A stretch of 27,646 nucleotides of DNA. Origin: an uncultured Dehalococcoidia bacterium. GTDB lineage: Bacteria; Chloroflexota; Dehalococcoidia; UBA6926. Positions 18,133-26,460 of the stretch are shown here, piece after piece (the stretch's first letter is position 1; every line of letters begins with the position of its first letter). A model generated the notes under the pieces. That model saw only the letters and a program-made list of their open reading frames with translations. It was not told where the DNA came from and did no database searches. Location: NCBI GenBank assembly GCA_964537445.1, contig CAZIBZ010000158.1, forward strand, positions 1-27,646. Direction: 5' to 3'. The position numbers and the translations under genes were made by a program.

Positions 18133-19332
18133 ATGGACTTTGAATTCTCCGAGGGAGACCGAGCGCTCCGGTCCGAGGCGATCGAGTTCACCAGGGCCAA
18201 TTGGAAACAGAACGTTTACGACACCGCTATCCTCATCAACTGGCATCACACCGACCCGGATGCCGAGGCCGCGACCAAGAGTTTCGAGAAGAAGCTGGTC
18301 GATAAGAAGTGGTACACCATGCACTGGCCCGAGGAGCACGGTGGCGGCGGTGCCGGTATCACCACCCAGTTGGCCTATCGGGAAGCGATGGCCTACGCGG
18401 GTGCCCCGGCCTCGCTCGGTGGCGGACTCGTCGCTCCGGTCCTCATGGTCGCCGCTCCGAAGTGGATGCAAGAAGAGTTCCTCCCACGCATAGCGACAGC
18501 AGACCTCGAGTTCTCACAGGGCTTCAGCGAGCCCGATGCCGGCTCAGATCTCGCAAGCCTGACCACTCGCGCAGTGCGTGATGGCGACGACTACGTTCTC
18601 AACGGTCAAAAAATCTGGGGCACGTACCGCAACGACTGGATGCACATCCTCGTGCGGACCGATCCGGAAGCCCCAAAGCACCGCGGCATTACGTATCTCA
18701 TCGCACCGCTGAAGGACGACAAGGGCGAATACCTGCCCGGCATCAACGTCCGCGGTATTCCCGACGCGCTGGGTCGCCACCGCTGGGACGAACTGTTCAT
18801 GGAGGACGTCCGCGTCCCCGCCCGCTACATCATCGGGGAGGAGAATCGCGGCTGGTATGCGGCAATGACCACCCTCAGCTTCGAAAGGTCCAACATTCAG
18901 GGCCCCGCAACTCTCTTGCGCGTCCTCGAGGATTTTCAGGACTTCTCCCGCGGCATGCGCCGGCGCACCGGTTCGAGTGCTCTCGACTCCGCGGTTTTCC
19001 GCTCCGAGGTCGCCAACCTTCGCATCGAGATCGAGACGCTCCGGATGCTCTCCTACAGGGTCGCCTGGATGCAGAGCCAGGGACAGATCCCCCAGAGGGA
19101 AGCTTCGATGACGAAGCTCTGGGGTGACCAGCAGAACCAGCGCGTGTACAAGACGCTTTCCCGTGGACTGCAGGATTACGGCAATCTCCTTCCTTACAGC
19201 AAATTCCCCGGACCTCTCGGCGGCTTCCTGAACAACCGGGCATTCAGTTCGGTCACGCTAAGCATCGCCGGCGGAACAACGGAGGTGCAGCGAGGCATCA
19301 TCGCTCAGCGCGGTCTTGGCCTTCCGAGGTAG
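18133..19332 (+). CDS. Acyl-CoA dehydrogenase, probable catalytic 'alpha' subunit
   Basis: FSEPDAGSDLASL, RTDPEAPKHRGI, GEENRGW...LSFERS, GGTTEVQRGIIAQRGLGLPR. Start MDFEFS follows an AGGGGG SD; the upstream ORF extension is judged non-coding. Confidence 0.92.
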   Translation: MDFEFSEGDRALRSEAIEFTRANWKQNVYDTAILINWHHTDPDAEAATKSFEKKLVDKKWYTMHWPEEHGGGGAGITTQLAYREAMAYAGAPASLGGGLVAPVLMVAAPKWMQEEFLPRIATADLEFSQGFSEPDAGSDLASLTTRAVRDGDDYVLNGQKIWGTYRNDWMHILVRTDPEAPKHRGITYLIAPLKDDKGEYLPGINVRGIPDALGRHRWDELFMEDVRVPARYIIGEENRGWYAAMTTLSFERSNIQGPATLLRVLEDFQDFSRGMRRRTGSSALDSAVFRSEVANLRIEIETLRMLSYRVAWMQSQGQIPQREASMTKLWGDQQNQRVYKTLSRGLQDYGNLLPYSKFPGPLGGFLNNRAFSSVTLSIAGGTTEVQRGIIAQRGLGLPR

Positions 19333-19389
19333 CGCGGAGAGGCACCCGGTGGGACGGGGCGTCACCAGTAACAGGGGGTAATGGGGTTT

Positions 19390-20601
19390 ATGGATTTTCG
19401 TTTCTCGGCTGCTGATCAGGCCCTCCGCGATGAGGCTCGGGACTTCGTTCGTGCCGAGTGGCAGAATCCCGGCGTCGACCTGACCGGCGGCCTCGCCGCC
19501 TGGCATGGCGATGAAGACGAGCGGGCCCACGGCCACGAGCTCATGACTGACTTCTCGAAGAAGCTCGTCAATAAGGGTTGGTACACCATGCACTGGCCCG
19601 AGGAGCACGGCGGCAAGGCTGCTTCGATTGAGACGCAGCTCGCCTACCGCGAGGTCATGGCATACGAAGACGCACCTGCCTCTCTCGGCGGAGGCTTGGT
19701 CGCACCGGTTCTCATGGTCCACGGCACCGATTGGCAGAAGGAAGAACTCCTCCCCCGGATTGCCAACGCCGACCTCGAGTTCTCCCAGGGCTTCAGTGAG
19801 CCCGATGCTGGCTCAGACCTAGCAAGCCTCACGACCCGTGCAGTGCGTGACGGGGACGACTACGTCATTACCGGTCAGAAGATTTGGGGCACATACCGGA
19901 ACGAGTGGATGCACATTCTCGTTCGAACGGATCCCGAAGCGCCCAAGCACCGCGGCATCACCTATCTCATGGGACAACTCAGCGAGAACGGGGAGCTGGC
20001 TCCCGGTATCACCATCAGGCCCATCCCGGACGGGCTCGGCAACCATCGATGGGACGAGTTGTTCCTCGAAGGCTTTCGTATCCCGGCTCGCAACATCATC
20101 GGAGAGGAGAACCGTGGGTGGTACGCCGCCATGACGACGCTCAGCTTCGAGCGGTCGAACATCGCGCGTCCGGCCCTCCTTCTCCGCACGCTCGAGGAGT
20201 TCCTCGACTGGTCAACGATCGTTCGTCGTGCTGGTGGCGAAGCTCCTGCGAATCGCGCTGAGATCAAGAACCGGCTCGCCGATTGGCGAGTCCAGGTGGA
20301 GGCGCTCAGGATGGTGTGCTACCGTGTCGCTTGGATGCAGAGTCAGGGGGAGATTCCGCAAAAGGAATCGTCGATGGTGAAGGCCTTCGGCGACACCCTT
20401 TTTCAGGAGATGTATCGAGGCATGGCGACCATCATGGACGGCTATGGCACGCTGCTACCGACCAACCGTGGTATCAAGCTCCCGGTCAATAACTTCCTCC
20501 CCGCGCGTGGCTGGCAGAGCATCGGCGTCAGCATCGGCGGTGGGACCCGTGAGATTCAGAAGAACATCATCGCCCAACGTGGGCTCGGACTTCCCAGGTA
20601 G
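19390..20601 (+). CDS. Acyl-CoA dehydrogenase, probable catalytic 'alpha' subunit (paralog of 18133-19332)
   Basis: Same motifs (LSFERS, GGTREIQKNIIAQRGLGLPR). Start MDFRFS chosen by analogy with the paralog; alternative start 19381. Confidence 0.92.
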   Translation: MDFRFSAADQALRDEARDFVRAEWQNPGVDLTGGLAAWHGDEDERAHGHELMTDFSKKLVNKGWYTMHWPEEHGGKAASIETQLAYREVMAYEDAPASLGGGLVAPVLMVHGTDWQKEELLPRIANADLEFSQGFSEPDAGSDLASLTTRAVRDGDDYVITGQKIWGTYRNEWMHILVRTDPEAPKHRGITYLMGQLSENGELAPGITIRPIPDGLGNHRWDELFLEGFRIPARNIIGEENRGWYAAMTTLSFERSNIARPALLLRTLEEFLDWSTIVRRAGGEAPANRAEIKNRLADWRVQVEALRMVCYRVAWMQSQGEIPQKESSMVKAFGDTLFQEMYRGMATIMDGYGTLLPTNRGIKLPVNNFLPARGWQSIGVSIGGGTREIQKNIIAQRGLGLPR

Positions 20602-20667
20602 AAATCTTCGAGATAGAGACTCGATCGACGTACAGGCAGGGGCGAGAAACCAAGGAGGTATGGGGAA

Positions 20668-21798
20668 ATGGATCTAGGGCTAACCGAAGATCAGGAAATG
20701 CTGCGATCGATGGCCCGCGAGTTCCTCGAGCAGGAGACTCCGAAGACATTCGTCCGCGACATGGAAGAGGACGACAATGGATACACGCCGGACATGTGGC
20801 AGAAGATTGCCCAGGTCGGTTGGCTCGGACTCGTCATCCCGGAACAATACGGCGGCACCGGCCAGAACCTGGTAGACCTCGGCATTCTGATCGAGGAAAC
20901 CGGCCACGGCCTCCTGCCGGGACCGTTCTTCAACACCGCGTTCGTTACCCTCTCGCTGCTCGATGCGGGTACGAACGCACAGAAGCAGGAATACCTGCCG
21001 CGCATCGCCAGCGGAGACCTGATCGCGACCGGTGCTCTCCTTGAGCCGTACTCCCGACTTGACGCTCAAGGCATCCAGCTTGAAGCAAAAAAGGCTGGCG
21101 ACAATTACGTTCTGAACGGCACCAAGTTGTTCGTCGAGAATGCACACGTCGCCGACACGTTCCTGGTAGCCGCCCGAACCCGTCGGGGCAGTAACGCCGA
21201 GAACGGGATCACTCTGTTCCTTGTTGACGCCCACGCCGCTGGTGTCACCGTTGACAAGCTCAAAACCATTGCGAGCGACAACCAGTGTGAAGTCGTCCTA
21301 CGGAACGTCCAGGTCCCCGCGGGTAACGTCATCGGCGAAGTCGGCAAGGGCTGGGACATCCTGAAGTTACTGCTCCAGAAGGGCGCGGCACTTCGTTCCT
21401 GCCAGATGGTCGGCGCCTTGCAGGAAGTTCTAGACATGACCGTCGAGTACGTCAAGAACCGCGTGCAGTTCGGTCGCCCGATTGGCAGCTTCCAGGCCAT
21501 CCAGCACTACTGCGCAAACATGGCGACGGACGTGGACGGCTCCCGCTTCATCACCTACCAGGCGATTTGGCGCCTCTCCGAGGACCTCAACTCGGACCTT
21601 GAGACCTCAGCCGCCAAGGCATGGGTCAGCGACTCCGCTGCTCGGGTCAGCGCCACCGCACACCAGTGCCACGGCGCCATCGGGTTCACCCAGGAGCACG
21701 ACCTTCAGCTCTTCACCCGCCGCCTCAAGGCGTGGGAAGTCTCCTTCGGCGACGGCGACTACCACCGCGAGCGCGTCGCGAGGGCCATGAAGATCTAG
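20668..21798 (+). CDS. Acyl-CoA dehydrogenase family, probable non-catalytic 'beta' subunit
   Basis: LNGTKLFVENA, RVQFGRPIGSFQAIQH, HGAIGFTQEHDLQLFTRR; no catalytic Glu (LLQKG); AGGAGG SD. Confidence 0.92.
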   Translation: MDLGLTEDQEMLRSMAREFLEQETPKTFVRDMEEDDNGYTPDMWQKIAQVGWLGLVIPEQYGGTGQNLVDLGILIEETGHGLLPGPFFNTAFVTLSLLDAGTNAQKQEYLPRIASGDLIATGALLEPYSRLDAQGIQLEAKKAGDNYVLNGTKLFVENAHVADTFLVAARTRRGSNAENGITLFLVDAHAAGVTVDKLKTIASDNQCEVVLRNVQVPAGNVIGEVGKGWDILKLLLQKGAALRSCQMVGALQEVLDMTVEYVKNRVQFGRPIGSFQAIQHYCANMATDVDGSRFITYQAIWRLSEDLNSDLETSAAKAWVSDSAARVSATAHQCHGAIGFTQEHDLQLFTRRLKAWEVSFGDGDYHRERVARAMKI

Positions 21799-21824
21799 AC
21801 CACCCAGTCAGCTTGGACAGAATT

Positions 21825-21856
21825 CGGGGGCACCGTCCGGTGCCCCCGTTTCATTT
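21825..21856 (+). terminator. Rho-independent terminator
   Basis: Perfect 10-bp stem CGGGGGCACC-GTCC-GGTGCCCCCG followed by TTTCATTT, 26 nt after the stop, between convergent genes. Confidence 0.8.
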
Positions 21857-21888
21857 CCTCTTGGCGAGAACCAAGAACAGCCGGCCCA

Positions 21889-22938
21889 TCACAAGGGCAA
21901 CGCCACCGCCTGCCCAGTCTGAGCACTCCTGGTAACGGCCTCGGTGAATTCCATGTAACCAACCCCGTCTTGGAACGTTGTGAACCGGACCGGCTCGATT
22001 CCCCGGATCGCGTTGATGAACTCTTCCTCGACTCGCCAGCCACCCTGTTTCTCGGCCGGCACCTCGATCTCCGCAAGGGCATCGTCACCGCGTTTCCCAC
22101 CGGAGAGTTTCAGCCCGCCGACCTCCAGCCGAAGCGTGCCCTCCGTGCCGAAGAGCCAGATCTCTCCCGGAGGCCCGAGCCCTGTCACGGCGCTCAGCGA
22201 CAAGTGCACCTGTCCGCCACGGGCTAGTTCATAGACTACGTCCACGTGGTCCGGAACCGAGACGGTCTGAAGCCTTCCCTCAACGTCATGCCGCTCGGTC
22301 ACGGCGACGTGGCTGCGAGCGGAAACCTCTGACGCGGGCCCCACCCAGCGCATCAGCGCTTCGTACCAGATTCCCATTGTAAGGATGTTGTAGCCGCTCA
22401 AGTCTCGGTTCTGTCGCCAGTGGAGCGGTCCGCCAAAGTCCGGAAACGCGGAGCCGAGGATTCGGGCGTCGATTGCCGTCAGTGTCCCCAGATACCTCTC
22501 GGCAACCAAGTCTTCGATGGTCCGGTCGACGCGGAACGTCATCGGCGACGGCACCACTTGGGCCACCAGGCTCGGGTTCCGCAAAGAGACATCGAGCATC
22601 GCGCGTGCCTCGGCTGCGTCCATCGCCATCCGTGCCTCGACCAGCACGTGCTTTCCCTCCTCGAGCGCTTCGATGGTGGTCGCCGCGTGCAGGTACGGCC
22701 ACGTGCCAATACACACGGCGTCGATGTCCGGGTCCTCGATCAGTTCCCGCCAGTCTGCGTACACGTTGGCGATCCCAAACTCATCGGCAGCCTTCTGGCC
22801 CGACTCCCGTGTCCGGTTGGCCACTCCTGTAACCTCGACCTTGTTCATCGCTTGGAATCCGGGGATATGGCGGGCTCGGCTGTTGGCGCCGGCGCCCACT
22901 ATCCCCACCCTGATCAGATGATCCGCTTCGGTCGTCAC
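21889..22938 (-). CDS. Gfo/Idh/MocA family NAD(P)-dependent oxidoreductase
   Basis: IVGAG Rossmann motif, DIDAVCIGTWPYLH, GKHVLVEARMA (EAR in place of EKP); GAGGAG SD with GTG start. Confidence 0.9.
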   Translation of the reverse strand: MTTEADHLIRVGIVGAGANSRARHIPGFQAMNKVEVTGVANRTRESGQKAADEFGIANVYADWRELIEDPDIDAVCIGTWPYLHAATTIEALEEGKHVLVEARMAMDAAEARAMLDVSLRNPSLVAQVVPSPMTFRVDRTIEDLVAERYLGTLTAIDARILGSAFPDFGGPLHWRQNRDLSGYNILTMGIWYEALMRWVGPASEVSARSHVAVTERHDVEGRLQTVSVPDHVDVVYELARGGQVHLSLSAVTGLGPPGEIWLFGTEGTLRLEVGGLKLSGGKRGDDALAEIEVPAEKQGGWRVEEEFINAIRGIEPVRFTTFQDGVGYMEFTEAVTRSAQTGQAVALPL

Positions 22939-23016
22939 GATTGGTCGCTCCTCACGTCGATGTTGGCGCGTCTCGACGAGCGGACAGACCTTGGCGAAAG
23001 GGCTGTCTTCTCGTGG

Positions 23017-23212
23017 TTAGCCGGAAGGAGATGTCTCGCTAGTGGTCCCTTCGACGGGCAGGTCCAGTATCCATTCCAGCCATACTGGAAGGTACCAGTT
23101 CCAGGTCTTCTAGGAGTTTCATCGCGGCGGGCACAAGCATCATCCTCACGACGGTTGCGTCAAGCAAGATCGCCGCTCCGAGCCCCTTCTGGAACACGCG
23201 CACGACTACCCT
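23017..23212 (-). pseudogene. Remnant of the C-terminus of an MMPL/RND-family transporter, with a +1 frameshift
   Basis: Reads FQKGLGAAILLDATVVRMMLVPAAMKLLED, then after one extra C at ~23104 continues WNWYLPVWLEWILDLPVEG...stop. In-frame stop upstream at 23213-23215. Confidence 0.8.
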
Positions 23213-23243
23213 CTATGCCGCTCCGCGCCGGAAACGTAATCTA

Positions 23244-24059
23244 TCAGGGATGAGGCGCTAGGCCGGCGGCTCGAACGGCGAACTCACTCAGGAGCGCGAG
23301 GTTTCCCGAAACGAAACTTCTTGAGTCCGGCGTCGCGACTCGTCCCCGCACGTCTACCACGTCTGCCCCAGCCTCGCGGACCATCACCAGCCCGGCCCCA
23401 ACGTCCCAAGGCTTGAGCGATAGGTGGACATGGAGATCGAACCACCCCGTGGCGGCATAGGCCATCCCAAGTGCACCGGACCCGAGGACGCGCACGCGTT
23501 GGACGGGCAGCAGTGCCTTGATCATGTCGAACGACACCCCAATCAGGTCTTCCTCGTAAGGAAGGTCTAACCCAAGAACCCCATCGGAGATTGTTTCCAG
23601 CGATCCGGGTTTCATGGGCTTCCCGTTGACGAACGCTCCACCGCCGACGGACGCGGTGAAGAAATCGTCCCTGATCGGATCGTAGGTGCAACCTAGGACC
23701 GGTTCCCCTCCCGGCCCTAGAAGGGCGGCCGTCGTTGCGAAATGCGGGATGCCCCGTGAAAAATTCGCGGTTCCATCGATCGGGTCCACCACCCACGAGA
23801 ACCCGCTCGTCCCGGTCGTGGTCCCGGACTCCTCGCCGATCACGCCAAGATCGGGGAACTCTCGCCGAAGCAGTCCGACCACCGCTTCTTCGATTTGGAC
23901 ATCGACGTCGGTGACGTAGTTTCCGCGGCCCTTCCGTTCGACCTCGACCGCTCCACGGAACGCATCGCGCAGCGTTTCCCCCGCCTCACGGACCGCCTGT
24001 TCGACAACTTCGGCTGCGGACCGGCCCGATGAGGATCGCGGAAGGTCAGATCCGGTCAC
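23244..24059 (-). CDS. suhB: Inositol monophosphatase family protein (SuhB-like)
   Basis: YVTDVD, IGEE, WVVDPIDGTANF, WDVGAG motifs; GTG start at 24059 with GGGGAG SD. Symbol is family-level. Confidence 0.88.
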   Translation of the reverse strand: MTGSDLPRSSSGRSAAEVVEQAVREAGETLRDAFRGAVEVERKGRGNYVTDVDVQIEEAVVGLLRREFPDLGVIGEESGTTTGTSGFSWVVDPIDGTANFSRGIPHFATTAALLGPGGEPVLGCTYDPIRDDFFTASVGGGAFVNGKPMKPGSLETISDGVLGLDLPYEEDLIGVSFDMIKALLPVQRVRVLGSGALGMAYAATGWFDLHVHLSLKPWDVGAGLVMVREAGADVVDVRGRVATPDSRSFVSGNLALLSEFAVRAAGLAPHP

Positions 24060-24078
24060 GAGGCTTTCTCCCCGCTGG

Positions 24079-25119
24079 TTACCGAAAGAAACCGATCCGC
24101 TCCCGCACTTCACCGATGACCTCACGCGCCACCGCGCGGGCGCGCGCATCGCCGGCCGTGAGCGCTTCGTCCACGACCTGTGGGTTCGCCGCCAATTCGC
24201 GTCGCCGCTCTCGGAGTGGCTCTAGGTGCGTATTGATGTTCTCCGCTAGGCTCTGCTTGTCGTCAACGCACCCGATGGTGGCGGCGCGACACTGCTCGTC
24301 GACCTCCTTCCTCCATTCTTCGGAGGAAAAGATCGCGTGAAACGCAAAGACGTTGCAGACCCAGGGCCTCCCGGGGTCCTTTCGGTACCGGCGCTGTGGG
24401 TCGGTCACCATGCTCATCACTCGCTGCTTCGTCTCCTCGGGCGTGGCGGCCAACTCGATGTGGTTCCCGAGGCTCTTGCTCATCTTGTTCTCACCTTCGA
24501 GTCCACGGATGATCGGCACCTCGGACAACAGCGACTGCGGCTCTGGGAACACTGGCCCGAACCGGTCGTTGAACCGCCGAGAAATCTCTCGCGCCAGTTC
24601 GACGTGTGGAACCTGGTCCTGCCCGACGGGGACCGTGTCCGCCTTGTACATGATGATGTCGGCCGTCTGGAGCACCGGGTAGCCGACGAGCCCGTAGTTC
24701 ATCCCTTCGGGGTGTAACCGCATCTGCTCTTTGAATGACGGAACGCGCTGTACCCAGCCCATCGGCGTGATCATCGATAGGTACGTGTGAAGCTCCATCA
24801 CCTCTGGGACGTGCGACTGGACGAACAGCGTGCTCTGTTCCGGGTCCAATCCGGCTGCGAGCCAGTCCAGCACCATCTCGCGGGTGTTCTGGCTGATATC
24901 CCGCGTATCCTGCTCGGTCGTCAGCGCGTGAACGTCCGCAACGAAGTAGAAACAGTCGTAGTCCTCCTGCAGGCTCACCCAGTTCTGGAGCGCTCCGAAA
25001 TAGTTGCCCAGGTGAAGCCGCCCTGTCGGCCGTGCGCCGGACAACACACGCCCCTTCTTATCTCCCACGTCGGGGCCCGCGACCGGGGGTCGATCGGAAG
25101 TTTGTTGTTCGGTGGTCAT
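24079..25119 (-). CDS. trpS: Tryptophanyl-tRNA synthetase
   Basis: SGARPTGRLHLGNY (HIGH), YPVLQTADI, VPVGQDQVPH, KMSKS. Confidence 0.98.
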   Translation of the reverse strand: MTTEQQTSDRPPVAGPDVGDKKGRVLSGARPTGRLHLGNYFGALQNWVSLQEDYDCFYFVADVHALTTEQDTRDISQNTREMVLDWLAAGLDPEQSTLFVQSHVPEVMELHTYLSMITPMGWVQRVPSFKEQMRLHPEGMNYGLVGYPVLQTADIIMYKADTVPVGQDQVPHVELAREISRRFNDRFGPVFPEPQSLLSEVPIIRGLEGENKMSKSLGNHIELAATPEETKQRVMSMVTDPQRRYRKDPGRPWVCNVFAFHAIFSSEEWRKEVDEQCRAATIGCVDDKQSLAENINTHLEPLRERRRELAANPQVVDEALTAGDARARAVAREVIGEVRERIGFFR

Positions 25120-25161
25120 CCTGGTTCAGCTTTCGTTTTGGGCGTGGCGCTTGGTTCGGCG

Positions 25162-25170
25162 AGTTTACCA
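25162..25170 (-). promoter_or_regulatory. Putative extended -10 (TGgTAAACT) for trpS
   Basis: About 42 nt upstream of the trpS ATG, inside an inverted repeat (25148-25155/25167-25174). Confidence 0.45.
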
Positions 25171-25340
25171 AGCGACGCTCTGAAACGATGTCTGCCGTTT
25201 GATCGACCGACTAGATACGGCGACCCTGATGACCCCAACAGCAGGCCTACAGTTGTCTACGTATGCCCGAGGCTTACCGAGAGGCGATCCTCGACTTCCT
25301 GTAGGGGATCTGACCGCAAACGTTATCCACCCGGTGAGGG

Positions 25341-25364
25341 CCAGGGTCCAATCCAGGGTCCAAT
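25341..25364. repeat. Perfect 12-bp tandem duplication (CCAGGGTCCAAT x2)
   Basis: Read directly from the sequence. Confidence 0.95.
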
Positions 25365-25440
25365 CTGCAACCAGATCGCACATCAGGGCGCTATGGCGAC
25401 GTCAACGTCGTGGGTGTTAGGGGCGGGAGCCACCACCGTT

Positions 25441-25752
25441 TCATTCAATGGGGGTCTCGGAGGTCCAACCGGCCCCCTTGGCACTTTGGGGGGCGTGGGC
25501 CGTTGTATCTAGCCAATCGCACGAGACGCGGAACGAACCATAGCGGCCCAGCGGAAAGAGCAAGATTCGTGGTCCGCTCTGTTTCGCGTTGGTGCGAATG
25601 CTCAACGCGAGCTCAAAGGCGTTGACCCGAGGGTCCGTGTATTCCGCATTGAAAACGGGTTTTCCAGCACCAACGAATGGGCGCATCGCCTCGCATTCAT
25701 CGTACTCGTGGCATTGCTCGTTCACGGCGAAATCGAAAACCGGTTCCAACTG
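25441..25752 (-). pseudogene. C-terminal fragment of a GH114 endo-alpha-1,4-polygalactosaminidase-like gene
   Basis: QLEPVFDFAVNEQCHEYDEC...PFVGAGKPVFNAEY...FRVSCD. The N-terminal part is absent; lysE occupies that position. Confidence 0.72.
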
Positions 25753-25780
25753 TGTCGTCTCTAAGAATTCCACGTACCTG

Positions 25781-26413
25781 TCACGCGAGCACTGTCTCGC
25801 TGACCAGATAAAAAGCGACGAGGAGAAGGAGGCTACCAGCAACGCGTCTCACAATGGGTTCTGCATGCCGAACGGCACCGGCTAGACTGCGTTTGGTCAC
25901 GATCAATGCGACTAAGACATACCAGCATCCATCAATCAATGCTGCCACAAGGCCCATGAACCCTTTTTCAGACCAATCCGATTCAAGACGGACTAAATGG
26001 CTAAATATTGCCAGGAAAAATAGGCCCACCTTTGGGTTGAGGCCGGCAAACAGGAGGCCTTCACCAAGCCCTTGAATCGGTGTTCGAAACCTCGCGGAAC
26101 CGATATCAGCGGAGCTATTTACGAACACCCCTGTCTGAAACACGGCACGGATGCCGATGTACCCGAGCAAAGACGCTCCGGACAGCTGCAAGAGCAGCAT
26201 AATGCTCTGGTTGCTAACCATGAATTGTGCCATTCCAATCACTGTTAGAAATGCCCAACAACCGATCCCAATCGCATGCCCTATACCAGTGAAAACGCCA
26301 TAGGCCCTCCCCGAGGAGATACTGTTAGTGATGATCAAAGCCAAACTTGGACCTGGAGACATGGCTCCCAAGAGACAAACCCCTGCTAACTGGAGCCAAT
26401 AAACAGGTTCCAT
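25781..26413 (-). CDS. LysE/RhtB family amino-acid exporter
   Basis: MSPGPS, G-x-GHAIG, GLNPKVGLFF, multiple hydrophobic helices; 210 aa from MEPVYW. Confidence 0.9.
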   Translation of the reverse strand: MEPVYWLQLAGVCLLGAMSPGPSLALIITNSISSGRAYGVFTGIGHAIGIGCWAFLTVIGMAQFMVSNQSIMLLLQLSGASLLGYIGIRAVFQTGVFVNSSADIGSARFRTPIQGLGEGLLFAGLNPKVGLFFLAIFSHLVRLESDWSEKGFMGLVAALIDGCWYVLVALIVTKRSLAGAVRHAEPIVRRVAGSLLLLVAFYLVSETVLA

Positions 26414-26421
26414 TAAGGGTC

Positions 26422-26460
26422 GGTGCGCCGAAGATCGGCGCACCACTTTGCTATTCTTTC
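26422..26460 (+). terminator. Strong hairpin with T-rich tail (terminator-like on plus strand; inside the lysE leader on minus strand)
   Basis: GGTGCGCCGA-AGA-TCGGCGCACC (10 bp) followed by ACTTTGCTATTCTTTC. Confidence 0.45.

Noticed and set aside
19372-20670. Similar GGxGGTA(A)TGGGG sequence before two ACAD starts
   Set aside because: Explained by ordinary Shine-Dalgarno sequences.
25120-25440. T-box riboswitch upstream of trpS
   Set aside because: No GGTGGxACCGCG T-box, AG/GNUG boxes or U-tailed terminator on the minus strand.
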